A stretch of 64,000 bases of DNA, taken from NCBI GenBank assembly GCA_965240325.2, contig OZ251254.1:248001-312000 (forward strand), given 5' to 3'. Below are positions 45,668 to 59,338 of the stretch, piece by piece. Source of the DNA: Rebecca billardiae RCC1528 (lineage: Eukaryota; Protista; Haptophyta). Within the stretch, counting starts at the first letter, position 1. Every line of letters starts with the position of its first letter. The translations under genes and the position numbers were made by a program. The notes below the pieces were generated by a model. It was not told the origin of the DNA. It did not search any database and was given only the letters and a program-made list of their open reading frames with translations.

Positions 45668-48600
45668 ATGGGCAAGAAGACCGACAAACCCGCCGACGAG
45701 GACCCGAGCGCGCTCGCGCGCGCGTTTGTGAACCCGACGCCCAAGGGGCAGATGAAGAGCTTCGAGCAGCCGATGGCGGGCGCGTACCACCCGCACGAGG
45801 TGGAGGCGTCGTGGAACGACTGGTGGGAGGCGAGCGGGTACTACGAGGCCTCCTCAGACCCCTCGGACGACCGCCCCAAGTTCTCGATCTGCCTGCCGCC
45901 GCCGAACGTGACGGGGTCGCTCCACCTCGGCCACGCTCTCACCGCCGCCGTGCAGGACCTGCTGATCCGGTGCGGCCGCGCGCCGTTCTGTTCGCAAGCG
46001 CCGTTGGTGGTGGTGGTGTCGGATGCCCGCAGCGGCCGGGAAGGAGGGCGGGCTGCGCGCGGCGGCGTGTGCCGGCGTGTGCGCGCGCGCGCGCGGCGGC
46101 CGCGGGCTGACACACGCGCGCGCGCGCGCCGCCGCCGCGCCGCCGCGACCGCCCGGCAGCTGGCACCGCATGCGCGGGTACAACTGCATGTGGATCCCGG
46201 GGACGGACCACGCGGGCATCGCCACGCAGACCGTCGTCGAGAAGAAGCTCAAGAAGGAGGAGGGCCGCACGCGGCACGACTATGGCCGGCAGCCTTTTGT
46301 GGAGAAGGTAATTCGTTATTCATTTCTGCCTTCATTCATTCTGCATTCATTCGCTTCATTGCTGCGCCTTCCGAATGCCTTCCAAAGCCCTTCCTGCGCG
46401 CGCGTGCATGCATTCCTATGCGTGTGCGTGTCCTCTGCTGCGGTGGGGCGATTCGGAGCGGCGCGCGGGCGGGGAGTGCGCACGCACGCGCGCGCGCACC
46501 GCACCTGTGTAGCTGGCACCTGCGGCCGCTGCGGGCTGCCGCGCGGCGCTGCCTGCCTGCGTGCGTGTGTGTGTGCGTGCGTGTGTGCGTGCGTGCGTGC
46601 GTGCGTGCGCCACCGTCTGGCGGCGCGCGGGCACGGCCGGGACGTGAGCGCGCGCGGGCCGCACGCTCACCCCACCTCACCCCGCCGCCGCGCCGCGCAC
46701 TGCACTGCGCACACTTGGCGCGCGCGGCGCAGGTGTGGGAGTGGAAGGCGGAGTACGGCTCCACGATCACGATGCAGCTGCGCCGGCTCGGCTGCTCGCT
46801 CGACTGGTCGCGCGAGGTGTTCACGATGGACGGCCCGCGCGCCGAGTCGGTGACGGAGGCGTTCGTGCGCTTCCACGAGCTCGGGCTTCTGTACCGAGGC
46901 GTGCGGCTGACCAACTGGTGTGTGTCGCTCAAGAGCGCGATCTCCGATATCGAGGTCGAGTACGAGGAGCTCACCAAGCGCACGCGCGTCGAGGTGCCGG
47001 GCTACGACCGGCCCATCGCCTTTGGCGTCATCTGGTGCGCACCGCGCCGCCGCCGCCCGCCGCCGCCGCCGGCCGCCGCCGCCCGCCGCGGGCGCCGGCT
47101 GCGGGAGTCGGCAGCCCGGCCGCCGCCGCGCCGCGGCCGCTGCGGCCGCCAGCCCCCGCGTCGCCACGCGCCGCGCGCGCTCACGCCCCGGCGGCGCGCA
47201 CGCGCGCTCGCGCGGCGGGCGCGGCGTTTTCTTTGTTTTCTTTGGTTTTTTGGGCGCAGGTCGTTTGCCTACGAGTTCTCGGACGGCTCGGGCGAGATCG
47301 TGGTCGCGACCACGCGGCCCGAGACGATGCTGGGTGACGTGGCGGTGGCAGTGCACCCTGCGGACCCGCGGTACGCGCACGCGCACGGCCGCACGCTGCG
47401 CCACCCGTTCGTCGAGCGCGAGCTGCCGATCGTGTGCGACGCGGAGCTCGTGCAGATGGAGTTTGGGACGGGCGCGGTCAAGGTGACGCCCGCGCACGAC
47501 CCGAACGACTTCAAGTGCGGCCAGCGCCACGGGCTGCCGATGGTCACCGTCTTCACGGACGACGGTGCGGCGCGCGGCGCGCGCGGCGCGCGCGCGGCGC
47601 GCGCGGGGCGCGCGGCGGCCGGTGGCGGCGCACGCTTGCGCGCTCACGCGCGCGCACGGTGTGCCGTGCTGCGCTGCGCCCCTTCGCGCCTTGCACTGTC
47701 TGTTCTCCCCTTCCCTTATTCCCGCTTCTGCCCATTTCTCTTCGCTGCGGGTTCTCTTTGCCTTCTTCATTCATCTCCCCGGCTCCCGTGGTCGGGTCGC
47801 GCGCGCCGTGCGCGGGGCGGGGCAGGCGTGATGAACGACGAGGCGGGTCCGTTCTGCGGCTCGAAGCGCTTCGAGGCGCGCTTCGACGTGCTCAAGGCGC
47901 TGAAGGAGAAGGGGCTGTTCCGCGGCGAGGCGGACAACCCGATGCGCCTCGGCCTCTGCTCGCGCACCAAGGACGTCATCGAACCGCTCCTCAAGCCGCA
48001 GTGGTGCGCGCGCGCGCGCACCGCGCAGCGCACGGCAAGGCTGCGGCGCGCGCACCGCGCAGCGCACGGCAAGGCTGCGGCGCAAAAGCGCGCACGCCGC
48101 GCGTGTCGGCGCGCGCGCGTGCGCGTGCGTGCGGCGCGTGCGGCGCGGCGCGTGCATGCACTCACTCACCCCCCACCTTCGCCCCCGCCGCCCGCCGCAG
48201 GTGGGTCAAATGCGACACGATGGCGGCGCGCGCCGTCTCCGCCGTGCGGACGGGCGAGCTGCGGCTGATGCCGGCCTTCCACGAGGCGACGTGGTACCGC
48301 TGGCTCGAGAACATCCAGGACTGGTGCGTCTCGCGCCAGCTGTGGTGGGGGCACCGCATCCCCGCGTGGTACGTGCGGACCGCGCGCGCCGCGGACGGAG
48401 CCGACGGCGGCGGCGAGGCGGTGGGCGGGCCCATCGTGGCGCGCTCCGCCGCCGCCGCGCTCGAGCACGCCCGGACTGTCCGGGGGCTCGGTCCGGAGCT
48501 CGAGTCCGGGGCGCTCGTGCTCGAGCAGGACGAGGACGTGCTCGACACGTGGTTCTCGTCCGGACTCTTCCCGTTCTCCTGCCTCGGCTGGCCCGACGGC

Positions 48601-49642
48601 GAGGCGGCGGACATGCGCGCGGGCTGGCACCCGACCACGCTGCTGGAGACGGGCCACGACATTCTGTTCTTTTGGGTGTGTGCAACCCTAACCCTAACCC
48701 TAACCCTAACCCTAACCCTGTGCGGCTGTGTGCGCGCGTGTGTGCGTGTGTGTGCGCGCGTGTGTGTGCTGCGGGCGGCACTCCCGCGCACGCACTCGCA
48801 CGCCCGCGGCTGCCCGCCCCACACGCACACGCACACACACACACACACACACACACGCACGCGCACACACGCCCCACCCCACCGCGCGCCGCTCCGGCGC
48901 GCAGGTGGCGCGCATGGTGATGTGCTCGCTGGCACTCACCGACCGACTGCCGTTCTCGCACGTGTACCTGCACGCGATGGTGCGCGACAAGCACGGGCAG
49001 AAGATGTCCAAGTCGAAGGGCAACGTGATTGACCCGCTCGAGGTGCGAGGCGCACCCGCCACACGACCGTTACGACCGTTACGCTCGTAACCGCCACCAC
49101 GCATGCGCGCGCGCATGCGCGCGCCGCCGGCCGTTGCGCGCGCCGTCGCCGTCGCCGCGCGCGGCACGCCCCGCGCCACACACCCGCGCACAGCACCGCA
49201 CACGCACACACACCCCACGCCGCCCCGTGCCGCCAGGTGATCAACGGCTGCAGGCTCTCCGACCTCGCCGCCAAGCTCGATGCCGGCAACCTCGACCCGA
49301 AGGAGGTGGCGCGAGCCAAGCAGGTGCAGACGCAGGAGTTCCCGCAGGGGATCCCGGAGTGCGGCTCGGACGCGCTGCGCTTCGGGCTGCTGGCGTACAC
49401 GATGCAGGCGCGCGCGCGCGCGGCCGCGCGGCGCGCCGTGCGTGCATGCGCGCGCGCGGCATGCGCGCATGCGCGCACGCATGCGCGCGCGCGCATGCAC
49501 GCGCGCATGCGCGCGCGCGCGCGCATGCATGCGCACACCGCTGCGAGGCGGAGCGCCGACGGCGCCCCGCGCCGGCTCCGGGCGCTGACGCGCTTCCCCC
49601 GTCGCCCCCCGCCCTCGAAACGCCACCCCCAACCACCTGCCA

Positions 49643-49719
<77 letters not shown>

Positions 49720-51782
49720 CACACACGCACGCACACACACACACAACCCGCGCCGCCGCGCCGCCGCGCCGCGCGCCGCAGGGCCGAGATGTGAATCTCG
49801 ACATCGGCCGCATCCTGTCGTATCGCCACTTCTCGAACAAGCTGTGGCAGGCGACGCGCTTCGCGATGCTCAACTTCCCCGAGGGGTGGGCGCTGACCCC
49901 CATGCACGCGACGCTCGACCTCGTCTCGCCCAACGGGCCGACCGCCATCGTGCCTGCGCTCAACGACGCGTGGATCCTAGACCGGCTGCACCGCTGCTGC
50001 GCCGCCGTGCACGCGCACCTGACGAATTATGAGCCGGCGCTCGCGGTGAACGCGCTGCACGGCTGGTGGTACGACGACTTCTGCTCGGTGTACCTCGAGT
50101 CGACCAAGCCCACCTTCGACGAGAAGGGCGGCGCCGACGAGGCCGCCAAGCACAACTCGAGGCTGACGCTCTACACGTGAGTGTAACCGCCGCCGCCGCC
50201 GCCGCCGCGCCGCCGCCTCAGCTGCCGCCGCGGCCCCGCGGCGCGCGCGCGCGCGCGCGCACCCGCCCGGCCCGACGCGCGCGCCTCGGCGGCGTCCCCC
50301 GCCACGCGCGCCCCTGCCCTCCCGCCCGCCCCCGCCGCGCGCGTGCAGCTGCCTCCACTTCGGCTTCCGCCTGCTGCATCCGTTCATGCCTTTCGTCTCC
50401 GAGGAGCTTTTCCAGCGCGTGCTGCGGCTGGGCGGCCTGCCGCACGCGACCGTGATGACGGCGGCTTACCCGACGGGGGTGGCGTCGGCGGTGTGGCGGA
50501 ACGACGCGGTGGTGGCGCGGTTCGAGACGGTGCAGAAAGTGGCGGTGCGCGCGCGCGCTGCCCACGCCGACGCGCCGGCCGCCGCCGCGTCCGCCGCTGC
50601 TGCTTGCTGCCGCCGCTGCCGCCGCTGCGGCGCGCATGCGCGCGCGCGCCCTCGCGCGCGCGCGCGGCGCGCCACGCAGCGCGCACGGCGCGTCGACCCG
50701 CCCACCGCCACCCGCGCCCTGCAACGCCGCCGTCCACCCCGCACCGCGCCATCCCCCGCCCCGACCCGCCGCCCCCTCCCTTCTCGGGTGCCCCCTTGCG
50801 TTGAATGGGTCTTTGTTTTCTCTGCTCTGCTCCTTTGCGTCCTGCTTTCTTTTATTCCTTCTTTTCCTTATTTATTTTTTCCGCGCAGGCGGCCATCCGC
50901 ACGGTGCGCGCCGAGTACTTGCGCGCCGAGCACGAGCGGCACGCGCCGCACGTGTACGTGCGCGGGCCGGCGGAGGCGTGCGCGGTGCTCGGCGCGAACG
51001 ACGGCGTGCTCCGCGCCCTCGCCAAGTCGAGCACGCAGCCGCCCCCCGCCGAGGTCACTCTGCTGCAGGTGCGCGCGCGCCGCGCCGCGCCGCGCGCGCG
51101 TGCGCGCGCGCGCGCGCATGCGCATGCGCGCGCGTGCATGCGCTCTCGGCTGTCGGCGCGCGCGCCGCCGGGGCGTGGGCGCGCGCGGCCGCGGGCGGGC
51201 GGGCGGCGCACGGGCGGGCGGCCCTTTCGCCTGCACCGCTCACGCCCGCCTTCCCCCCGCCTCGATCGTTACGACCGTTACGGCCGTTACGACCGTTACG
51301 CTCGCAGCCGGGCCAGCCGGTGCCTCAGGGCTGCGCGATGGCGACGGTGGACTCGGACGTCTCCGTGCACGTGCTCCTCGCCGGCGTGATCGACTTCGGC
51401 GCGGAGGTGAAGCGGCTGCAGAAGGTGCGCCGCCCGGTTACGACCGTTACGACCGTTACGACCGTTACGACCGTTACGACCGTCACGACCGTCACGCCCG
51501 CCTGGACACGCGCTTGTCGCGCGCGCGCGCGCCCGCGCCGCCCTCGGCGCTCACGGCGACACACGCGCACGCACGCCCCCGCCGCCCCACGCGCGGCCCG
51601 CTCGCGGCCCGCAGAAGATCGGCGAGCTCAGCCTGGGCAAGGAGAAGCTGCAGAAGGCGATGGCGGCGCCGCAGTACGCCGCCAAGGCGCCGCCCAAGAA
51701 GAAGGCGGAGGACGCGTCCAAGCTCGCGGACTTCGACAAGCAGCTGGAGGGGCTGCAGGCGGCGCTGGCGCAGTTCCTCTGA
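45668..51782 (+). CDS. VARS1: Valyl-tRNA synthetase, 13 exons: 45668-45969, 46160-46307, 46733-47034, 47260-47564, 47826-48003, 48201-48675, 48905-49042, 49237-49407, 49782-50176, 50349-50544, 50889-51068, 51308-51424, 51615-51782
   Basis: [80 protein letters not shown] and a C-terminal coiled coil. Confidence 0.97.
48684..48719. repeat. Intronic telomere-like (CCCTAA)n
   Basis: About 5-6 units just after the donor of ValRS intron 6. Confidence 0.9.
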
Positions 51783-52729
51783 GTCCGGTGGGTGTCCGGG
51801 CGGGCCGCCGCCGGGGCACACCGGCCTCTGGGACGCGCGCGAGTCCGGGCAGGCGCGGCGAGGCGCTCCTTCCCGGCGGCGGGTGGCGGCGAGGGCGCCG
51901 CACCGCGCGCGCGGCGGCGCACCGCCCGTCACTGCGATGGGTTGGGCGGCGCTGTGGTGTGGCTTGAGCGGACCGTGCCGCGTCGCGACCGCGCCTGAAA
52001 CTGCCCGCTGCGATTCGGTGACGAGCTCGGTCCGTGCTGCGGCGGCCCTCTGGCGGTCCGCCTGACTGCCCTGACTCCCGCGCCCGGGCGGCCCGGACTC
52101 GGGCTATGCCGTATGCGAGCGAGTGCCTCAGGGGGGCTCGCGGGTCCGGGCACTCGGCGCCCCACGCAGCGCAGACTGTGGCATGTGATGAGACTGATTG
52201 AGTCGCGCGGCCTCTGATAGCAGCGCAGCAGCAGCAGCGCGCGTCTCACCGTACTCTCATCCGTCGTAGTCGTCACTCGCGGCACTTAATAACTGACTTA
52301 ATTCGGCGCAGCTGACTAAATTAGTCAGAACTGACGACTGCCGATATATATATACATATATATATTGGGATTACCGCAAGCTCCGAGCGTCTCGAGCCCT
52401 GCTAAAAGCTCACCGCGCACGACAGGACGGACGCCACCGCGAGGATCACATGCCTCGCGATCTCATCAGCTCTCAAGCCTCTGAACCTGGCCCTTATTTC
52501 CGGCGCTCTTGCGCCGGGCCAATAAAACAGCGATCGAGCTCCGATCGCTCCTGGGCTCGGGGCGGTAGTATCATCGCCGTGCCGACTTACCCAGATTTTG
52601 CCGCGATCAGCCAATCGGCGATCGCACCGTCCGTCCTGTTGCCGCTCAACTTTGTACCACTGCTTCTCGTCCATGTCCGGTGCTGCTCACCTGCTTTCCT
52701 TGGACAAATCCAGTGTACCAGCATGACGC

Positions 52730-52985
52730 CCGCGCTGCTCCGCGCTGCTCCGCGCTGCTCCGCGCTGCTCCGCGCTGCTCCGCGCTGCTCCGCGCTGCTC
52801 CGCGCTGCTCCGCGCTGCTCCGCGCTGCTCCGCGCGCTCCGCGCTGCTCCGCGCTGCTCCGCGCTGCTCCGCGCTGCTCCGCGCGCTCCGCGCTGCTCCG
52901 CGCGCCCCGCGCGCCCCGCGCTCCCGCGCCGCTGCGCCCGCGCTGCTCCGCGCCCGCGCCGCTGCGCCCGCGCTGCTCCGCGCTC
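52730..52985. repeat. (CCGCGCTGCT)n decamer array inside the LTR; second copy ~56733-56968
   Basis: Tandem decamers, with two more units in the 3' LTR than in the 5' LTR. Confidence 0.9.
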
Positions 52986-53329
52986 GCGCGTCTGCTGCCG
53001 CGCGCGTCCTGGACGCGCGCGCTGCCAGCCACTGCTCCGCAGCAGCTGCTGCCGCCGGCCCGCCTGATGCGGCGCCAGCCCTGACACCCCAGCGGCAACG
53101 CCATCTGCTGAGATGCGTGCCCCAGACTGTGCCAGTTCATCCGCACTGCTGCTCTGCAGCAGCTGCGCCGCCGGTCTGCCTGCTGCAGCACCGGCCCTGA
53201 CTCACCGCCGGCGACGCCATCTGCTGAGATGCGCGCCCCTGGCCTCGTCAGCTCAACACCCCCCCTCGACAGCCATAGCCGCGAGCGAGTAGCGCCGCTC
53301 ATCGCGCGCGCGTCGGGTGTCGCACACCA

Positions 53330-53560
53330 TGATGGCGTCGACGTGCCACTCAAACGTAGCAGCGTCGTCCGTCGCCTTCGTCATGATGTCGGCGTGGTAC
53401 ATTGACCTCACGCCACGTACTCCGCCTCCGTCGAGCTCAGCTGGGCCATAACCTGCAGCCCGCTGCTGTGCCACGACACCGGCGATCCATTGTAGAAGAC
53501 AATGATGCAGCCACCCGTCGACCTCCACCCGGATTCCCCTGGGTTGTTAGACCAAACAGA
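53330..53560 (-). pseudogene. Copia RNase H remnant
   Basis: RSTGGCIIVFYNGSPVSWHS..QVMAQLSSTEAEYVA then a stop, followed by ADIMTKA in another frame. Confidence 0.85.
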
Positions 53561-56500
53561 GTCACCCAAAGTGAGCAAGTCGTCGAGCTCGTCAATCTCC
53601 GCGCGCTGGACCAACGCCTTGTCCGCGTCGGTCAGCCTCGCGCGCGCCGCTGCCTCTGGCAGCCGTATCCGCGTGCTCGCGTTCGTGCCGAATCGCTCGA
53701 GCCCGCCATCGATCGCCTCTGCGACCCGCGGCAACCCGCCCGCATCTGCGCGGCGGTCCCGCGCCAAAGTTGCGCCGGTGGTATCTCATACCACCAGTGC
53801 GACTGCGCCCATGGCGCGCCCGCACCGCCCCGATCGCCGGCCTGCGGCATCGGCGGCTGTGCGCCCGTGCGCCCGCGCTGCTGCGCCCGCGCTGACCCGC
53901 GCCCGCGCTGCTGCGCCCGCGCACCTGTGCTACGCGGCGGCCCGCCAGCATCTGCTGCGGCCCCGCGCCGGGATTCCGTCGGCGGGATCCGACCCTGCCG
54001 ACCCAGGCTGTGTCACTGACGCGCCTGCTCCGCCACGCCCGCCCTGCGGCGTCGGCGTCGACGGCTGTGCGCACGCGCTGCTGCGCCCGCGCGCTGTTCC
54101 GCGCCTGCGCTGCCGCGCCCGTGCGCTGTTCCGCACCTGCGCTGCCGCGCCTGCGCGCTCCGCGCCCGCGCTGCTGCGCTCGCGCGCTGTTCCGCGCCCG
54201 CGCTGCTGCGCCCGCGCGCTGTTCCGCGCCCGCGCTGCCGCGCCCGCGCGCTGTTCCGCGTCCGCGCTGCCGCGCTCGCGCGCCGACGCCGACGCATCTG
54301 CGTCGCCGTCGTTCCTGACGTCGAACTCCGTCGCGTCGTCGTCACCGGCGTCGGCCGGCGGCTCGCCGCCGTCGCCGTCATCGTCCTGCGCCGCGCGGCG
54401 GCCCGCCAGCATCTGCTGCGGCCCCGCGCCGTGATTCCGCCGGCGGTATCTGACCCTGCCGACCCGGCTGCGTCATCGACGCGCCTGTCCCGCCACGCCC
54501 GCCCTGCGGCGTCGGCGTCGACGGCTGTGCGCCCGCGCTGCTGCACCCGCGCTGTCCCGCGTCCACGCTGCTGCGCCCGCGCCCCGACGTTGACGCATCT
54601 GCGTCGTCGTCGTACCCGACGTCGAACTCTGTCGCGTCGTCATTCCCGGCGTCGGCTGGCTGCTCGCCGCCGTCGCCGTCATCCGCGCCCGCGCTGCTGC
54701 ACCCGCGCTGTCCCGCGTCCACGCTGCTGCGCCCGCGCCCCGACGTTGACGCATCTGCGTCGTCGTCGTACCCGACGTCGAACTCTGTCGCGTCGTCATT
54801 CCCGGCGTCGGCTGGCTGCTCGCCGCCGTCGCCGTCCTCGTCCTCACCGTCGGCGTCACCGCCGACCGGACGATGTCCGCCGCTTACCGCGGCGCCGTCA
54901 CCATCACCCACGTACGCGCCACCGTCAGGTGCGCCCAGCGACGAGTGCCCCCCCTCGACCAGGTCGGTCTCGTCGATGCGTACGTCACGCAAGTGAAGAG
55001 ACGTCCGTCGTCTACACGACATACGTACCAGAGTACGTTGAAGCCACGGAGCTGCTCCGCGCGCGGCGCGCGCTGATCGCCGCCGCCGCTGCCTCCTCCG
55101 CCCTCGCAGCCAGTCGGTATCTCTCCGCCGTCTTGGCCGCCGCCACGATCCCCGCCGTCGCCACCGCCGCCTGAGCCAGGCGATGAGCTTCGTGCGTGGA
55201 CGTGTGGGTGCCGCCGCCACCACCGGGCGTACGACCACCTGGTTCGGTGCGCCCAGCGCCGCCGAGCCACTGCCGCGCGCTGCTGCGCGCACACACGCCG
55301 CACCGGCGTCCTGCGCCGTGCGTGTGCTTCCGACGCCTCAGCGTCGGGTCCCCACCTGCCGCCGAATGATCTCGGCCCGCAGCATGGAATCGAGCTGAAC
55401 CTCCCGGCGTGGGCCGAGTGCCATGCACTGCCCCGCCGTCACCCCGCACTCGCGCCTTGCGCGCGCGCGGATACCGCGACTCAAAGATCGCGCCAGCGCC
55501 GCCGTCTCGGCGGCACTGCCAGCTGCGCCTCGCGTCAGCTGCAGACGTAGTCTCGGCACCGCTGCGCCGCCCCGTCATGATCCCGCGCTCGCGCCTCGCG
55601 CGCGCGCGATTCCCGCGACTCAACAGTCGCGCCAGCGCCGCCATCTCGGTGGCACTGCCAGCTGCGCCTCGCGTCAGCTGCCGGCGTAGGACCAGTGCCA
55701 AGCACTGCCCGCCGCCGTAACGGCGCTCGTGTCGCCAGATTCCACCCGGACGATTCCGATAGATCCGGGTGTGCCAACCGCCGGACCTGTGTCCAGTCCG
55801 GTCGTGCCAGCCGTGCCAGCCGGACCGCAAAACCCAGTCCAGCTGCCAGCCGCCATCCGGTGCCCTAGACCACCGGACAGGTTGATGAGCCAGCCCCTCC
55901 GAGTAGATCGCCGAGCCCGCCGTCGCCGCCGTCAGCTGCCGTGCAGCCACCCGGCGCTCGGGGTGCGTGCTCGCGCCGATCGTGCCAGTAGCGCTGCTCA
56001 GTCATCCGCCGCTGCACGCAGTAGTTCTCCTGCACCAGCTGCATCCGCTCAGATCCAATCGTGAGCTTCCGGGAGGCTGTCGTGTCGGGCTCATCACCGA
56101 CAGGTACTGTTCCTCCCAATCGACGCGAAGTTCCGCGTCCGGGCCATGCGCGGAGATGATGCCGATGATCCCTGGCATCGTAGCGCCATGCCCCATCGAG
56201 AGCGTCGCCAGTTTGCCCGCGCTCTCGGCCAGGAACCTCTGCTGCATTCCATGCGACGCCAGAGTTCCTCGTTCCGCCCATCCTGCAACCGCGGCCGCTC
56301 GTGCCCATCAGCCCAATCGATGAGAAAGGACAGTGCGGACAACTCCCTCCCTGGGGTTGCTGCGCGCATATTGGGATTACCGCAAGCTCCGAGCGTCTCG
56401 AGCCCTGCTAAAAGCTCACCGCGCACGACAGGACGGACGCCACCGCGAGGATCACATGCCTCGCGATCTCATCAGCTCTCAAGCCTCTGAACCTGGCCCT

Positions 56501-57258
56501 TATTTCCGGCGCTCTTGCGCCGGGCCAAAACAGCGATCGAGCTCCGATCGCTCCTGGGCTCGGGGCGGTAGTATCATCGCCGTGCCGACTTACCCAGATT
56601 TTGCCGCGATCAGCCAATCGGCGATCGCACCGTCCGTCCTGTTGCCGCTCAACTTTGTACCACTGCTTCTCGTCCATGTCCGGTGCTGCTCACCTGCTTT
56701 CCTTGGACAAATCCAGTGTACCAGCATGACGCCCGCGCTGCTCCGCGCTGCTCCGCGCTGCTCCGCGCTGCTCCGCGCTGCTCCGCGCTGCTCCGCGCTG
56801 CTCCGCGCTGCTCCGCGCGCTCCGCGCTGCTCCGCGCTGCTCCGCGCTGCTCCGCGCTGCTCCGCGCGCTCCGCGCTGCTCCGCGCGCCCCGCGCGCCCC
56901 GCGCTCCCGCGCCGCTGCGCCCGCGCTGCTCCGCGCCCGCGCCGCTGCGCCCGCGCTGCTCCGCGCTCGCGCGTCTGCTGCCGCGCGCGTCCTGGACGCG
57001 CGCGCTGCCAGCCACTGCTCCGCAGCAGCTGCTGCCGCCGGCCCGCCTGATGCGGCGCCAGCCCTGACACCCCAGCGGCAACGCCATCTGCTGAGATGCG
57101 TGCCCCAGACTGTGCCAGTTCATCCGCACTGCTGCTCTGCAGCAGCTGCGCCGCCGGTCTGCCTGCTGCAGCACCGGCCCTGACTCACCGCCGGCGACGC
57201 CATCTGCTGAGATGCGCGCCCCTGGCCTCGTCAGCTCAACATATATATTATATTATAT

Positions 57259-58967
57259 GAGCCGACGTCAGTTGTATTGCCGCTTTGGATAGTGTGGTCA
57301 GTTGTATTGCCAAAAGCACGTTCATGACTACCGTGGTCAGTTGTATTGCCGTTTTCAATAGTATGGGTCAAGAATATTGCCGCTTTTGGATAGTGTGTCA
57401 ACAATATATATTGCCCCTCAAATACTGGGTTCAAACCAATGACCCTTTCACACTACTTGGTTCACGAATATTGCCGTTTTCGAGCTTGGACATAGTCTGC
57501 TCAGAAATATTGCCCTTTCCATAACTATGTATGTCAGTTGTATTGCCGCCAGCAGCTCAGGTGGCTGGGGCACGACTCGCACTCAGACAAGAGACTCGCG
57601 CAGCCCGTGTGCGCGTGCGTGCAGAGTTGCGACTGCCTGCGCGCGGCATGCAGGATACGCGACTGCAACCAACCGACATGCTATCATCATGCGGCCTGCG
57701 TAGCTCATCTTGACTTCCAGTAGCAGTCGGCGCTTCCCGTCGCCGTCGTGCTTGCTGCCCGCCGGCGGCCGGCCGCCAGCGCCATCGGGACAGCTGCTAC
57801 TTCAGCGGCCACGTGAGCCGCATCGCGTCCCATGCCGCTGCACGCGCCGCCTCAAGCTGCGACCGCGCTCGCCAAGCCTGCCACTCGGGTTCCAGCAGCA
57901 GCAGGAAGCGTCGCCTGCCCCTCCTGCTTGCTGGCTCGTCGAGGCGCGCGCGGCGCACCGCTCGCCGGTCGGTGCGTTGTGTCCCAGCTGGCAGTACGCC
58001 TTGGACTTCCTCCTCCACGGTCCAATCAGCCTGCGTTGACGAGTGCGACTGGCGCACGGTCAGCCACCTGCACACGGTTGGCCACAGGGCAGTCTGCTAT
58101 TGGAGTGATGACAATCGCAAAAAGGCACGCGCCAGCAGTGTTGCACGAGCGAGAGCGACGCGCGTTGGTTGATCGCCACGGTGTGAATGACAGTCGATGG
58201 CAGGGAGTGAGGGGGACGCGCGTCGCGTTGGTCAAGCTCCTTGAGGCCGTTGCAGAGCACACGCCCGTCGTGCACGTTCGACTCCCGCGAATCGGGGCGC
58301 AGCAACACACGCTCACCCTGCTTCACGCATGCACCTGCATGCGCTTTCGTCGCAATGTCATCGACTGCGCGCTTGACGGTCCCGGAGTCGAAGTGAGCAC
58401 GGAGCAACGCCGATTCGATAGAAGTCGCGACGGATTCTCGCCCGTCTCCGCGTAGACGGCGAGTAGCCCGAGGTGCACGCGCGTGTTGCACTGCGCGCGC
58501 ATGCGGCAGCGTTTGTGCAGATTCCGGTCCACGGTTCAGGTCGTCGTTCGGCTTGATGATGTCGAGGAACACGGCGCTACCCCGGCAGAGATCGTCGTCG
58601 TTGAACGTCACTCTTCTGGCCTGGGATCAGCTAGGCCTGCTCAAGGGCACGCCGCGCACGCCGGCGGCGCGTGGGCGCCAGCGCCATCATCAGCGCATGG
58701 GCGATCGCGGCAACAAACCTGAATCAAAGATGCGCAAACGGCAACACAACTGACCCACACTACGCGACGGCAATACAGCTGGACAAAGTATTGGGCCATC
58801 ATCCACGGCAATACACCTGACACAAGTATTCGACGTTGGCAACAAGATTGACACGTGATTCCCAAACATGGAAAACGGCAACACAACTGACCACGGTAGT
58901 CAAAACGTGCGTTTGGCAATACACCTGACCACACTTTCCAAAACGGCAATACAGCTGACATTATCTC
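57259..58967. mobile_element. Non-autonomous Mutator-like element (MULE)
   Basis: GAG...CTC termini. TIRs of ~100 bp built from repeated GTCAGTTGTATTGCC. Exact 9-bp TSD ATATTATAT at 57250-57258 and 58968-58976. Confidence 0.85.
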
Positions 58968-59338
58968 ATATTATATATTACATATATAATATTATAATAA
59001 CAATTATTAGAGAGAGAGAGAGAGAGATAGCAGCAATAATAATAATTATATATACTATTTTATTATAGCAGCATCATCAGCGCCGCCAGTATATATTTGA
59101 TGATGAAGCACCACATCGCGTGACGCGACGATGATCGGGGCGCAAGGGCCAGCAAGGCGACCAGGGTGGCCAGGCGACCCGGGACCCGGCGTCCCGGCGG
59201 GACCGCCGCCATGCTGACGGCCGCGGCGGTTCGTCAGCCGCCGTTCACGGCGCGCGCTGTCAAACATCAGCGCAGCAGTCGTGTCGTCATCATGATCATA
59301 TCCGCCGCGCGTTCTCGTCACTGTCAACACGCCGTCAG

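Larger units (their letters stand above)
52363..57241 (-). mobile_element. Internally deleted Ty1/Copia LTR retrotransposon
   Basis: LTRs at 57241-56369 and 53258-52363 (TGTTG...CAATA). Polypurine tract GAGGGGGGG abuts the 3' LTR. RNase H remnants are present. Both flanks are TA repeats, compatible with a TATAT TSD. Confidence 0.9.

Noticed and set aside
57266-57550. CRISPR-like repeat-spacer pattern (GTCAGTTGTATTGCC)
   Set aside because: The pattern is mirrored at 58740-58960 and bounded by a 9-bp TSD, so these are MULE terminal repeats.
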